Shown here: positions 23,101-36,850 of the stretch, in pieces
How the letters are laid out: the number at the start of each line of letters is the position of its first letter
How positions within the stretch are numbered: position 1 is the stretch's first letter
NCBI GenBank assembly: GCA_964035545.1
Contig: OZ037772.1
Coordinates: 13,284,986 to 13,348,985, forward strand
Source: Bugula neritina
Taxonomy: Eukaryota > Animalia > Bryozoa
Length of the DNA: 64,000 bases
Reading direction: 5' to 3'
Notes under the pieces: model-generated
What the model was told of the DNA's origin: nothing
What the model saw: the letters and a program-made list of their open reading frames with translations, nothing else
Database searches by the model: none
Translations under genes and position numbers: made by a program

Positions 23101-26100
23101 GTATTATACTGTATAACTATAGTAATGTACTGTATAACTATAGTAATATTATACTGTATAACTATAGTATTATACTGTATAACTATAGTATTATACTGTA
23201 TAACTATAGTAGTATTATACTGTATAACTATAGTATTATTATACTGTATAACTATAGTAATATTATACTGTGTAACTATAGTAATATTATACTGTGTAAC
23301 TATAGTATTATACTGTATAACTATAGTATTATACTGTATAACTATAGTAATGTACTGTATAACTATAGTAATATTATACTGTATAACTATAGTATTATAC
23401 TGTATAACTATAGTATTATTATACTGTATAACTATAGTATTATTATACTGTATAACTATAGTAGTAATATACTGTATAACTATAGTATTATTATACTGTA
23501 TAACTATAGTAGTATTATACTGTATAACTATAGTAATATACTTTATAACTAGTGACATATTTCAGCACAAATAAACTACCAAGAATTCCCATGGCCACCC
23601 CAGGACTCCCAATTGGTGGAATGACCCTGAGAGAGTTTAGACTGTACACGTGTGTTGGTAAAGAGGTGTGGGCCCTGGACACTATACTAGTAGACTCCTC
23701 CTACCACAGGGCTTCAGACAGTGAGAGTCTGGAACTATCTGCTGTCTGGGAGAAGATGGTGTCACCAGATGGAACCGGACTCATTGTCTCTCAGCATATC
23801 AGTGAATGTGTGGGACTTGAGACCTCTCCCCAGTACAAGTGAGTTGTGTGCTGTAGTGTGTGCTGTAGTGTATACTGTAGTTTATACTGTAGTGTGTACT
23901 GTAGTGTATACTGTGGTTTATAATGTAGTGTGTACTGTAGTGTGTGCTGTAGTGTGTACTGTAGTGTATACTGTAGTGTATACTGTAGTGTGTACTGTAG
24001 TGTGTGCTGTAGTGTGTACTGTAGTGTATACTGTAGTGTGTACTGTAGTGTGTACTGTAGTGTGTACTGTAGTTTGTACTGTAGTGTATACTGTAGTGTG
24101 TACTGTAGTGTATACTGTGGTGTGTACTGTAGTGTGTACTGTAGTGTGTACTGTAGTGTGTACTGTAGTGTGTACTGTAGTTTGTACTGTAGTGTGTACT
24201 GTAGTTTGTACTGTAGTGTATACTGTAGTGTGTACTGTGGTTTATAATGTAGTGTGTACTGTAGTGTATACTGTAATATGTACTGTAGTGTGTACTGTAT
24301 TATATACTGTAGTTTGTACTGTAGTGTGTACTGTAATATGTACTGTAGTGTGTACTGTATTATATACTGTAGTTTGTACTGTAGTGTGTACTGTAGTGTG
24401 TACTGTAGTGTGTACTGTAATATGTACTGTAGTGTGTACTGTAGTGTGTACTGTAATATGTACTGTAGTGTGTACTGTAGTGTGTACTGTAGTATATACT
24501 GTAATATGTACTGTAGTGTATACTGTAGTGTGTACTGTAGTGTGTACTGTGGTTTATAATGTAGTGTGTACTATGGTATATACTGTAGTGTGTACTGTAG
24601 TATGTACTGTAGTATATACTGTAGTGTGTACTGTAGTGTGTACTGTAGTATATATTGTAGTATTTACTGTAGTGTGTACTATGGTATATATGAAAATTAT
24701 GTGTTTTAGACTGCTGTACGTAGTAAACAGGGCAACTTCCAAAAAGGAAACAGATTCCATTGTAGTCTACAATCTTTCAAGTGATTCCCCTCAAATAGCG
24801 GACACTCTGTACAACTCCGCTGTTTCTAGGATAAAGGGTTTAGGAGTGAGGGCTACTGGGAGTAGAGCTATTCTTCTCTCATCTACTTCGTTGTATGCTG
24901 CTAAATTCAACCATGAAGGTGATGTTATAGTACATAGCACATATAACTTAGCACATATAACCTAGCACATATAACCTACCACATTCTAAAGCTCATATGA
25001 CATAGCCTAAGCGTATATGACATAGCCTGTGTAACATATTTTATAGAAGATCCGTATAGGAAGGTGTGCGCATACTGTAGTCAGTCACCCCCAGGCAGTG
25101 CTTACTTCCGATATGCCACAACTATCATCAGATCTGAGTGGATCTACCAAACCCAAATGGACTGCTATAAACATCCAAATCAGCTCCAGTCTAGCTTCAC
25201 TCAGAATCGACAAATTGAAGGACAAATAAAATATTTCAACTGCTGTAATTTCTTACCACTAATTTAATCCTACTCTTTTTACTACTACTAACTGAATACT
25301 ACTACTACTAACTGAATACTACTAATAACTGAATACTACTACTAACTGAATACTACTACTACTAACTGAATACTACTAATAACTGAATACTACTACTAAT
25401 AACTGAATACTACTACTAATAACTGAATACTACTACTAACTGAATACTACTACTAACTGAATACTACTAATAACTGAATACTACTACTAACTGAATACTA
25501 CTCTTCCTGTTATAGCTGATGACAAGTTATTTTGGGATGGAGATATCACATGGTACAACTTCATTCCCTACATCTGCTCCATAGACTCCCCTCTGAAGGA
25601 GAGAATCAGGCTGTGGTCATGTGAGACGTTTGTTTGCACTCTCATGACCTCAGGTCAAGCTGCCAGACCCTGTCTCAACGGAGGAATTTGTACTTACCAA
25701 GGATGGGTCAGCTCAGTTCATCTACATACAATATGCTATGCTGTCTGACACTTAATACAATATACTATCCTGTCTGACACTTAATACAATATGCTATCCT
25801 GTCTGACACTTAATACAATATACTATCCTGTCTGACACTTAATACAATATGCTATCCTGTCTGACACTTAATATACAATATGCTATTCTGTCTGACACTT
25901 AATACAATATACTATGCTGTCTGACACTTAATACAATATACTATCCTGTCTGACACTTAATACAATATATTATGCTGTCTGACACTTAATATAATATATT
26001 ATGCTGTCTGACACTTAATACAATATATTATGCTGTCTGACACTTAATACAATATACTATCCTGTCTGACACTTAATACAATATATTAGGCTGTCTGACA

Positions 26101-28795
26101 CTTAATATAATATACTATCCTGTCTGACGCTTAATATAATATACTATCCTGTCTGACGCTTAATACAATATACTATACTGTCTGACACTTAATACAATAT
26201 ACTATCCTGTCTGACACTTAATACAATATATTATGCTGTCTGACACTTAATACAATATGCTATCCTGTCTGACACCTAATATAATATAATATCCTGTCTG
26301 ACGCTTAATACAATATACTATCCTGTCTGACACTTAATACAATATATTATGCTGTCTGACACTTAATACATAATAATTATAAGGAAAATATTTTTTTTTT
26401 ATTTCATAGAATGCAACTTCAGGCAGGAAGTGGCTTTGCACATGCCCAGCTGAGTTTACTGGCCAATTGTGTGATACAGTGGTAGGTGAGTAAACATCTC
26501 TTTATTTGATCATTAAAGATACCTGTTACCTGTATAATATATACAGTATAACATATACAGTATAATATATACAGTATAACATATACAGTATAACATATAC
26601 AGTACAACATATACAGTATAACATATACAGTATAACATATACAGTATTATATATACAGTATAACATATACAGTACAACATATACAGTATAACATATACAG
26701 TATAACATATACAGTATTATATATACAGTATAACATATACAGTATAACATATACAGTATAACATATACAGTATAACATATACAGTATTATATATACAGTA
26801 TAACATATACAGTATAACATATACAGTATTATATATACATGGTTATATATATACAATATTGTATTTACTATATAATATATACAGTATTGTATGTACATGG
26901 TTATATATACAGTATTGTATTTAGTTATTTGCTGTATAATATATACAGTATTATATATACAGTATTATATATACAGTATTATATATACAGTATTATATAT
27001 ACATGGTTATATATATACAATATTGTATTTACTATATAATATATACAGTATTGTATGTACATGGTTATATATACAGTATTGTATTTAGTTATTTGCTGTA
27101 TAATATATACAGTATTATATATACAGTATTATATATACAGTATTATATATACAGTATTATATATACAGTATTATATATACATGGTTATATATACAGTATT
27201 ATATATACAGTATTATATATACAGTATTATATATACAGTATTATATATACATGGTTATATATACAGTATTATATATACAGTATTATATATACAGTATTAT
27301 ATATACAGTATTATATATACAGTATTATATATACAGTATAATATATACAGTATAATATATACAGTATAACATGTTGCAGAGAATATACTTGATGAAAACA
27401 GAGATGATATTATAGATGGACTTCAAAATAGGAAACAGTTGGTGCAAACTATTGGTAAGTCGCTGTGTGTGTTGAGGGATATAATATAATATAGTATGGT
27501 ATACTATAATATATTACAGTATAATATAGTATGGTATACTATAATATATTACAGTATAATATAGTATGATATACTATAATATATTACAGTATAATATAGT
27601 ATGATATACTATAATATATTACAGTATAATATAGTATGGTATACTATAATATTTTACAGTATAATATAGTATGATATACTATAATTTGTTACAGTATAAT
27701 ATAGTATGATATACTATAATATATTACAGTATAATATAGTATGATATACTATAATATATTACAGTATAATATAGTATGGTATACTATAATATTTTACAGT
27801 ATAATATAGTATGATATACTATAATTTGTTACAGTATAATATAGTATGATATACTATAATATATTACAGTATAATATAGTATGGTATACTATAATATATT
27901 ACAGTATAATATAGTATGGTATACTATAATATATTACAGTATAATATAGTATGGTATACTATAATATTTTACAGTATAATATAGTATGATACACTATAAT
28001 ATATTACAGTATAATATAGTATGATATACTATAATATGTTACAGTATAATATAGTATGGTATACTATAATATATTACAGTATAATATAGTATGGTATACT
28101 ATAATATGTTACAGCATAATATAGTATAAATTACAATATGTTTGCCAACAGGGGGAGTGCTGATTGCCGTGGTTACAATTGTCTTTGGCTTCGCTACTTA
28201 CTACTTCATAAAGAATTATGGGAATGCAAAAGTTGCAGACGGGAGAGCATTTCAGCGAAATCAACAAAGGCTAGGTATATATTACTTTATTGTATTACTG
28301 TATTATAATAATATATTGTATTACTATATTATATTACTATATTATATTACTGTGTTGTGTTATATTGCTTTATTATACTACTACATTATACACAGTTAAG
28401 TGTATGTTACTGTATATATTATATATTACTACAATACATTGCTACGTTAGTTATATATAATTTATATAATATGATCCCATGTAAGGTATAAATAATCAAA
28501 TTGCAACATTATATTAGGTATATACTATACTATATTATATTATATGAAGTATATATAATACATCATACTATTATAGTATTTTACCTGTTATGTGATTGGT
28601 AAATTATAAAACAATGCTAGTAATAATTAGGAATAATGATTTATTTATAATACATAAATTATAAGAAAAAATAATATATTCATAATATATAAATTAGAAC
28701 TACTTAATAATATATAATTCATATTATATGAGTTGAAAGTGAAAATATATTTATTGCATTTTGTGACAGAACCGCCCAGTGCAGATCCCTTTTAA
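20107..28795 (+). CDS. Uncharacterised ~843 aa membrane protein (repeat-rich N-terminus, TM, NHL-like propeller, Cys-rich region, EGF, TM, short tail). Exons: 20107-20962, 21315-21500, 21999-22184, 22476-22608, 23566-23838, 24710-24918, 25047-25244, 25516-25706, 26410-26485, 27380-27454, 28152-28274, 28770-28795
   Basis: Twelve exons join in frame at GT-AG sites with no internal stop. TM1 FATIFVVVMIFFIILVATLF; NHL-like FSLISGMAVKHDGSELYISDTHNDAIR; EGF PCLNGGICTYQGWNATSGRKWLCTCPAEFTGQLCD; TM2 GVLIAVVTIVFGFATYYFI; ends EPPSADPF*. The start codon and the exon 2 acceptor (21315 or 21321) are less certain. Confidence 0.82.
21558..21980. repeat. Intronic minisatellite, ~32 bp
   Basis: GCATGTAGTAGGC(TA)nCATACATAC units. 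Confidence 0.92.
22625..23550. repeat. Intronic minisatellite, 21/24 bp
   Basis: TATACTGTATAACTATAGTA units. Confidence 0.95.
23845..24690. repeat. Intronic minisatellite, 12 bp
   Basis: TACTGTAGTGTG units. Confidence 0.95.
25280..25501. repeat. Intronic repeat (TAC)nTAACTGAA
   Basis: Seen directly; contains TACTAAC and TACTAAT. Confidence 0.92.
25725..26370. repeat. Intronic minisatellite, 29 bp
   Basis: CTGTCTGACACTTAATACAATATACTATC units. Confidence 0.95.
26535..27372. repeat. Intronic minisatellite, 14 bp, with an internal ~164 bp duplication
   Basis: ATATACAGTATAAC and ATATACAGTATTAT units; the block at 26839 recurs at 27003. Confidence 0.92.
27485..28125. repeat. Intronic minisatellite, 35 bp
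   Basis: ACAGTATAATATAGTATGGTATACTATAATATATT units. Confidence 0.95.
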
Positions 28796-28815
28796 TTACT
28801 GCAAGAGTTACTCAA

Positions 28816-29030
28816 ATATTACACACAGATATTACACACAGATATTACACACAGATATTACACACAGATATTACACACAGATATTACACACAGATATTAC
28901 ACACAGATATTACAAGGATATTATACACAGATATTACACACATATATTACACGAAGATATTACACGGATATTATACGCGGATATTACAAGGATATTACAC
29001 ACATATATTACACACAGATGTTACAAGGAT
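28816..29030. repeat. 3' UTR minisatellite, 13 bp
   Basis: ATATTACACACAG units starting ~20 nt after the stop codon. Confidence 0.9.
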
Positions 29031-29374
29031 AAGACAAGACTACTTCATTTATGATTGTGTATTTAAAGCAAGTAGTTGTAATTACTAGAAGCTCTTTCAT
29101 TAGAATTCACGTATCAGTACTGTTATTGCTTCATCAGTCTTTAATACTACTTTTAATTAATTCCTGTGTTACAGCTTTAGTTTGTTATAGCAATGATATA
29201 ATATGTTTTAAATGTAAATAATTGATTATAATTACGTCGTACCTTTAAAATGTAAAGTGTAAAATAAAGTGGAATTCCAATCTTTGCATACATATAATTT
29301 TAACGATCTATTCACAGCAATACGGCGTTACTATATATACACTGCAGTCTGCAGCTCACTAGCCTTAAGTTCCC

Positions 29375-29430
29375 TTATGTATGACGCACCAATCACGTGA
29401 CCTGCTCTGGACGACTTGACGCAGTAGCTG
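29375..29430. promoter_or_regulatory. Promoter-like motif cluster
   Basis: TGACGCA, CCAAT, TCACGTGA and a second TGACGCA within ~50 bp. Confidence 0.35.
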
Positions 29431-29699
29431 CAGAGTCAGACGGACTGACCACGCTGAGGATGTTCACATTCTTTAAATATTCACTCATCAGACATGCATA
29501 TTTATATTTGGCAACTGTTCCAATTTTCAACAAAAGAGGTGTCAACTTGTGCTAAATTTAACTTTCAAACTCATACATGCCAGGTAAAGTTTTAATTGAA
29601 CGTGATCGTGTCTTAAGAGAAAGAGTTGTGAGTATCCCTGAGTAATTTTCGCCTCTCACTTTATGGCGGTCGTATAAAGTTCTTTTAAGTATGATGAAA

Positions 29700-29850
29700 A
29701 ATGGAATATTCAGTTTAAGCTGCTGTAACTAAAACAAGTTAGGTTTCTGATTCAAAGAAATTTCTTTCCTGGTTCTGTAGACTATGTCGATTTTGTCATG
29801 ATAAAAATTTTCAATACTCTAGATTTTACAGTCTATAATTTATCTCATAC
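29700..29850 (+). repeat. Short dispersed copy of the subtelomeric segment 31830-31990
   Basis: AATATTCAGTTTAAGCTGCTGTAACTA...CAATACTCTAGATTTTA is shared, and also occurs inverted at ~42400, ~44770 and ~48590. Confidence 0.8.
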
Positions 29851-29881
29851 ATACATACATACATACATAAATACTTCACTA

Positions 29882-30010
29882 TTGGGGTGTATGTTCGTAG
29901 TTTGGAGATTGGGTTTAAGGTGAGGATTTTGGGTTCCAGAGTTTGAGGGTGGGGATTTGAGTTAGTAGGTGAGAGTTTAGGGTGAAGGGTTTGGGGTTTG
30001 ATTTTGGGAA
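29882..30010 (+). repeat. Degenerate telomere-like G-rich 7-mer array
   Basis: TTTGGAG, ATTGGGT, TTTAAGG, TTTGAGG and TTTAGGG units plus one exact GGGTTTGGGGTTTG, with the same strand polarity as the telomere. Confidence 0.6.
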
Positions 30011-30676
30011 CATTTAAAATCAGTGTGCCATTTTTACCTACTTTTTTATTTATGCCATTGTTACCATTTTACATACGCCAGTTTTACCTAAAATCATTCT
30101 AGGTTTCAACAATTGCAACCGACACATAGCAGACAAAGCAGAGTTTTGGTGCCATCCAATACCACCTTACCATGTCAGGTATAATTCTTGTCAATTCAAA
30201 GTAAAGAGCAATTGCCTCAACCTGCAGAGTGGTCAAGAATAGGGCCAGGCTTGCACAAAAGCATAAACTGCAGCCATTACATTCATAACTGAACTGGCTT
30301 GTGTTTTATAACATAATAATAACAATAATATAACTATGATAATTATACAATATGCAAATATAATATAACGAAATACATTGCATTGAATTATATATCATCA
30401 TTATGTCAGTCATACAACTTCTTCGCTTTTCGAAAAGGGAGAAATTAATAGTCAACATTTAGGAAAGAGGGGGGGGGGGAGAATAGTTTCTCTAAGTCAC
30501 CTATTCAATTTCTTTATGTCTCTTTGCGATGTTAATTTGTGTTTCTCTTTTTGATAGTTAATTTAGCATAGTCTATCTTCTTTTCCTGTTTATTTTGCCC
30601 TAAACATGATTGAAAATATGTTGTGGTGGGTTTTACTGATTTTGAGTATCGTAAACTCACCGAGTAATATATATAT

Positions 30677-31056
30677 TGTAGCCTTGGGGTAAGCTCAGTG
30701 TCGGTGTGCAGTTGCGGGTTAATAGCTTGGCTGCGAGGTAACTCCAGCTCCTGTCCGTCTGGTAGGGGTGAAGTTGAGACTCCGGGTTAGAGTAGTTGGC
30801 TGGTGGTGCTCCTCCGTCTATGGTCCTGAGCTAGCACTCACAAACGTACTCTAACACATCCTAATTGGGTTGCAAATTTCTATATAAATATTTTCAATCG
30901 TTCTTCAATCAGTCTCAAGTCTCTCATTCCCCCATTTGCACTAGGTTATATAGCTACGACACTCACACAAGCCACACCCACGCTATAAGTAATATTAATG
31001 TCAAACTTAGAGTTGTGCACCCCACACACATGCAACAACAAGAGATGACAACTACA
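30677..31056 (-). mobile_element. Candidate solo LTR
   Basis: 380 bp GC-richer block with TGTAG...CTACA termini, a near-TSD TATAT/CATAT and a TATATAA box on the minus strand. Confidence 0.45.
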
Positions 31057-31269
31057 CATATTTATAATACTTATAAATGCTGCTTAAATTAAGGGGACAA
31101 ATTTTTAAAAGTATTTGATTGCTACATCTATGTTTTCCCTTCATTAGATTCTGAAACTTGAAGCACTAAAATTAGCGTACATTTTCTTTGCTGCATACAG
31201 ATCACTGATTTGGTAATGCCATTGGAACCTTCAGGGTGATGATGAGTCATGAAATATAACACATGGCGC

Positions 31270-34200
31270 AGCAATTGTCACGTGATCAGTTACAGATGAC
31301 TGAGCACGTGATCAGTTACAGACGACTGAGCCCGTTTGCTGCGCTGTCATTAGTAAGTTGCTCAACTGAAACTGTCATTGCACGAAGGTAATCCTTTATA
31401 ATTTAGCATTTTATTTAATATTTTTTACTAACCTTTTACTGACTGTTTTTGTATTTATTCATAGGCTTGGAATTCACATTGAATATTGTATTTAATTGAT
31501 AGGTTACTACCCATTTCTAGTCAATTTGATTCTGCAGTCATTTGAGCAGATGCAACTGCAAAGCTTATAATAAACTTCAATTTAGCTTAGCTTCAAGTTG
31601 GCTTAATTTCAACAAAACTTTTGCCCTGTTCTTCTCTGGTCTGTTGAATTACGCTACAAAATCAATACTACGAATAATAGTATAATTGAAATCAAATGTT
31701 TTAAATTTTTTCACTGTAGCCTTACCAGTACAATCAAGTTGAACTTATGCCCAATGGTTTCATTTGTTTGACTTTATTTCAGTTACATACTCATCATGGT
31801 CATAATCATTCCTCGGAATTGACAAGTTGAATATTCAGTTTAAGCTGCTGTAACTATAAAAGCAAGTTATGTTTCTGGTTCAAAGAAATTTCTTTTCTGG
31901 TTCTGTAGACTATGTTTATTTTATCACGATGTAAATTTCCAATACTCTAGATTTTAGAGCCTATGCCTATATGAGTTGTCTCATACATGTCTGTCATTTA
32001 TTCAAAAAATTTAATTTGTCAAATGTCTTTTTGTTTTTTAGAATGTCTCCAAGCAGCTCAGATATTCACACATTAGAGAACATATGGTCTACACCAGGAA
32101 GATAGGACCTAGCCAACTGTGGTCAGTTCTGAGAGCCCCATTTTGGTTATGATTAGGTATTTATTATTTATGATAACTTACTGTGTTTTCAATTTTACAG
32201 GATTACAGGGAAAGAATTATCTTGTACTTCTTGTATTTTTCTTGATAACTGATGTCCATAATTCATGTATATCTATTTCTGTTTGAAGTGGTAGTAACAA
32301 TGTTATGGTTTATTTATTATTTTAGCCTTGTTAACTCCAAGTCTTGTGAATTTGTTCAAGTTAATCACTTGTAGTCAGTAGACTAGTATCTCAGCTCTGC
32401 AAACATTTACTATTAACTAATTAAAATAAAATGTTTTATATATTAAGGTAGTTTAGAATATTCCTTGTCTGTTTTGTAGTTGTGTTTAACCACATGCAGA
32501 TAGAAGTCACCTTGCTATCAAGACCAGTTTTATATCCATGAGATGCTCACAAGCCGACATGTAGAAGTTGCCTTCTCTCTGTGTTTAATTCATCAAAACC
32601 TTCCATTGGTTCAGGTATGTGTCTAAATGAATTGTTTATTGTAACAATATTTACTCTTTCCCTGTGTTATGTGCTATTAGATATTAGCATTCATAAAGCT
32701 ACTACCAGTGCACGGCAATGAGGTGAAATCAGTTGACCCATGATATCTGCTCCTTACTTACATTCTAGCTCCTAGGGGATAGCTACTCTCATAAATGATG
32801 TTAGATTCAGCTTTTTCTACCTTCCCTTGGACAAAGTTTGATTTAAGATAAGCATAACAAGCGTTACTACTCAAATAGTGAAGCATGTGCTTTTGATAAA
32901 AGTGGCAATATAATTGTATAAAGTGTAGAATATATAACTTTGGAAAGTTGTGCACATAGAACTGTATAGAGTGATGATTAAAATGCAACTGTGTGAGTGG
33001 GGTACATAAAATATTCATACTATATGTCCTGTTAGCTATGCAATCCACTGTGGATTGATTTTGCAGTGTAACACTTGGCTGTTTTTCTGCTTTTAGTTTT
33101 AAAAAATTATGGCTGTTTATTTCATTTAAGAATTTCCAAACATGTTTCTAATAAAAGTTAAAACAGCTCATTGTAATACCTCTTGCAAACCTTACCCAGC
33201 TTTAGCTATGTATGTAACCTTCCTGGCTCAAACTCAGTGCTGGTTTGTTTCACTTACAGGTTACTGATGGCTGCTTCATAATGTTCCTTCTGGATGTTTA
33301 GTTATCAGTTGGAGTTGTTTGATCTTTGCTTGACCTGAGCTGTTTTCAGACTGAGGTGAACTGCATACTACTCTATTTGCAGTGTGAGGTTAGCTGGTTA
33401 TTATACCTTTTGCATGTCTAATTTTTTAGTAGTGTGTTGGAATGTTTTGTATCTGTATCAGCTGTGATGTAAAGTATAGGCTTAATTTCTGTCAACATAA
33501 AACATATTATAGCCAGGAGAATATAAGCTCAGTAGAAGTGAAAATATATGCATCTTCTCCTTGTTTGTCTGAATTTCAATACAAAATTTAACTGAAGAAA
33601 TGAGAAATCAGCACATGATTAGAATTTTATTTTAAGATTTTACTTTTTACGGTAATGAAATCATTGCCTTCATTGAAAACCATCAATAAGTAATTTATTT
33701 GACTTTGGAATTGTTTAAGCTGTTTCATGTAAATGCTATAACCACACCTTATTCCAATTAAATGAGCACTCTTCAATCATATTTATTGTTTTGTCAATTT
33801 ATTGCTAGTTGTGTGAAAACCTCTTATTAAATAATATAAGTTTACATAGTGCTATGCTTGCTTCTGGTAAGAAAATGAAGTCTGGTTTTCATTTTAGATA
33901 TTTTATTATGGTTCTGTCAACAAATCATGTTTTTTATTTAAATAATTATGACATTCTTCTATACATCTATACATAAATAAGAATATGAATTTTCTTTTGT
34001 ACTTCTCCATTTTGCTTCTGTCGCTTTCTTTACCACTGTTATATAAATTAGGCATTTTATTTCATTGTTTTTCATGATATGCGACTCTGCTTAAATATAG
34101 ACTGCTTTCTTCTTGCAGTAACTGGTGTGATGGTCACATGGTCAGCTACTAGACAACCAACCAATTGGGTATAAAGTTAGACGAAGTCATTCTAGATTAT

Positions 34201-36850
34201 TCTTCACATGTGTCAGCTGGATGAGCTATATTGAGGTAATTCCTGTTGTTTTTAATATATAGAGATATTTATTGTAGCAGTCTAAAAGAAAGTAGCAAAG
34301 TGAAAACAGTTACATCATAAGTTGTAAGCGTAGTTGCAGCAAGAAGCAAGCGTAAAGATAGGTGAAAATGCTAGGTTGTTATACCAGTCAAAAAGGCCAG
34401 CTATATTTTGTTATAGTAGCCGTAATTAGTGTGGAAAAATTGTAATATATAGCTTGCATAGCTGTAATAATACATGAAAAGCTATAATGCATTAGGGAAA
34501 AACTTTCCCAACTTATGTAAAATCCCAACAAGTTAAGTATATAAGTATAACATGATTCCATAATTAAACTACTTATAGAATTATTCGGAAATTTTTAATT
34601 AATCACAATTCAACCAGTAAACAGTTTCAAACTTTTCATCGAGTTGTATTTACAAGAATTACTAATAAAAGTTGCACTAAGGTTAAACTGATATATATTA
34701 TTTTACTTCTCTGTGAGTGGATATGACTTGGATGTTTTATGTGCCTCAACTTTACCTGATTATACATACCTGTGGTGGTTGATGTCTACTTTTATATCAT
34801 AATTATATTATTTTACCCTATCAGCTAAATATTCCAATTTTAAATTACTATAGGGAATAGGTTTTAGCAGTAGCAGCTTAATTTAGCCAAAGTCTCACAT
34901 AACTTAACTATATACCTCTGGTATTATGCATTATACAATATACTTATTTTCTGAAGTCTCTAAAACTAGTTTTTGATGCTTCAACTAAATTTTGTTGCTT
35001 TAAAGTCACTTTTATTGTGGATGTCTGCTTTGATTTCTCTATATAATTGTTGGTGTGCCATGCATGGGTTTTAAAGCTGTAAACACTGTTTTACGTTTCA
35101 CAAGATATATATTATTGTATCCTATATTATCATGATATGTTAGTTATAAAAAAATTTCACTTGTCAAAAAGTGGTGATTTATATAGTTGATAGTCATGAA
35201 AGGGGGGAATATTAGGAAAAGGTTGGGAATTTGTGTGTTATATGTTTCTACTGCACTTTAAGGGAGAAAATATGTTGTCCGCATCAACTATCCTGCATAA
35301 CCCATTGGCTGTTGACATTTGGGCATACATGCTTTTACAGATACACTGTATAAGGCTTGAAAGTTGTTGGGACAGTACATGAGCAGGGAAAGCTTTTGTT
35401 GAATCATTACAGCATTAGTTGTATCAACATAGCTATAATGTTAGCTACATTATGCTATGTTAGCTACAGTAGCTACATTATGTTTTCCTCTGTTGTGTTA
35501 TTTGCTTGTGTACAGCTATTTTGGCTATTTCAGAAAAAAGCTATTTTCTAGACTAATATAAACCCTGCACTTTCAGCTCTCTCTTCATTCAGTCTTTGGA
35601 AACCCACATCTCTCTTCAAGCAATATTTAGAAATGCTCATCTTTCATCTAAAGGTTTTACAGCACCAAAAGGTTACAGTACTGGCACGACTATATGTGGG
35701 ATAATATATAAGGTAAGTTTCATTTTTTGATGCACACAATTTATTTGTTAAAGATTAGTTGATAAATTCAGTTTGAGACAAAGTTGTCAGTGGATTATAG
35801 GTGTTATGTTCAACAATTGTTATGGCCATAATAAAAGTAGGAAATGTTAGTTTCGAAGTATTGAGTTTACACAACTACCACCTTTAAATTGTGTTTTAGG
35901 ATGGAATTACCCTTGGGGTGGATACCAGGGCTACACAATATACTGTGTGTCAGTTTGAGACGGAGGGAACACACCAGTGAGGACTACAGCTGTCGTCTCT
36001 ACCCCTTCACCTGTGCTACAAGTGGTGAGACAGCACTGCTCCTATAAAACTATTGATACACCTACTTATTTTTTTTCTTGAACTAGAACAGGCCATTCCA
36101 CCACTAGTAGTTATTGCTAATTCAATTGCAAAGCTAGAATGGCTCGGCTATATAGCAGGCTACAATAGTTAGCTATTAAGCCATTAAAGAATAGCCTTTA
36201 TTTTAAGCTATTTATAGCAAGCAGATGACAAATACAATTATAATTATAGTAATCAGTATTCTATTATAAGGCATAGACCCATAAGGTAGCTATTTTGTAT
36301 TGCATTATATTCAAATTTTGTTCTTTTGATAGTTTATAGTGTTGTAGCTTCACTGAATAATGATATTATGTGTTTCACTGCCGTCAGTTGGCCATAAATG
36401 TATTAAATAGTTGACAACAATAGGTTTCACTGATAGTAAAGGTTGGTCCCCTAGAAATAAACCAGAGCTGGTGGAGACTGTCTTATATTATTTTGTTTGT
36501 AGAATCAATCTAGTCCTCAAGTACCCCTGCCTGCTGCACATAGTTTACGCCAACAGTTCCAGTGTCAACTCAGCAGTTGCTTTTCATTTGTCAGCCGATC
36601 AGATTTGCTGGAGTGAAGAACAAATATATTGAGCCATTGATCCTAGCTGCAAAGTGATAAAACAGGTGCCTTGTTTCAAGACCTGTAGGAGCCTTATGTT
36701 ACAAAAGATATATTGGCATGAACTCACAAATCTTCTTTTACAATGTTATGTACCATTGCAACAGTAATTATTTTATACTAATTTAACTGTTTTTTATTAT
36801 CCATGCATAAATGCATTGCCCTGCAACAATAAACTGATGATTAAACTGAC
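31270..36850 (+). ncRNA. Putative spliced non-coding or chimeric transcription unit of the subtelomeric repeat. Exon-like blocks: 32042-32121, 32480-32614, 33260-33388, 34119-34235, 35631-35712, 35900-36024, 36503-~36850
   Basis: Each internal block has a pyrimidine tract plus AG and a GT donor. Two CACGTG boxes lie upstream (31280-31310) and AATAAA is at 36828. There is no continuous ORF, and the blocks are better conserved between copies than the intervening DNA. Confidence 0.5.
35631..35945 (+). pseudogene. PSMB7: Proteasome subunit beta type-7 (beta-2) gene fragment: two exons plus intron
   Basis: Exons 35631-35712 and 35900 onward splice to [27 protein letters not shown]|DGITLGVDTRAT, matching beta-2 [23 protein letters not shown]. 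Similarity then ends and a stop follows. Confidence 0.85.

Noticed and set aside
32043-32105. MSPSSSDIHTLENIW resembling the Tc1 SPDLNPIENLW motif
   Set aside because: Too short and weak, followed by a stop, and no other DDE motifs nearby.
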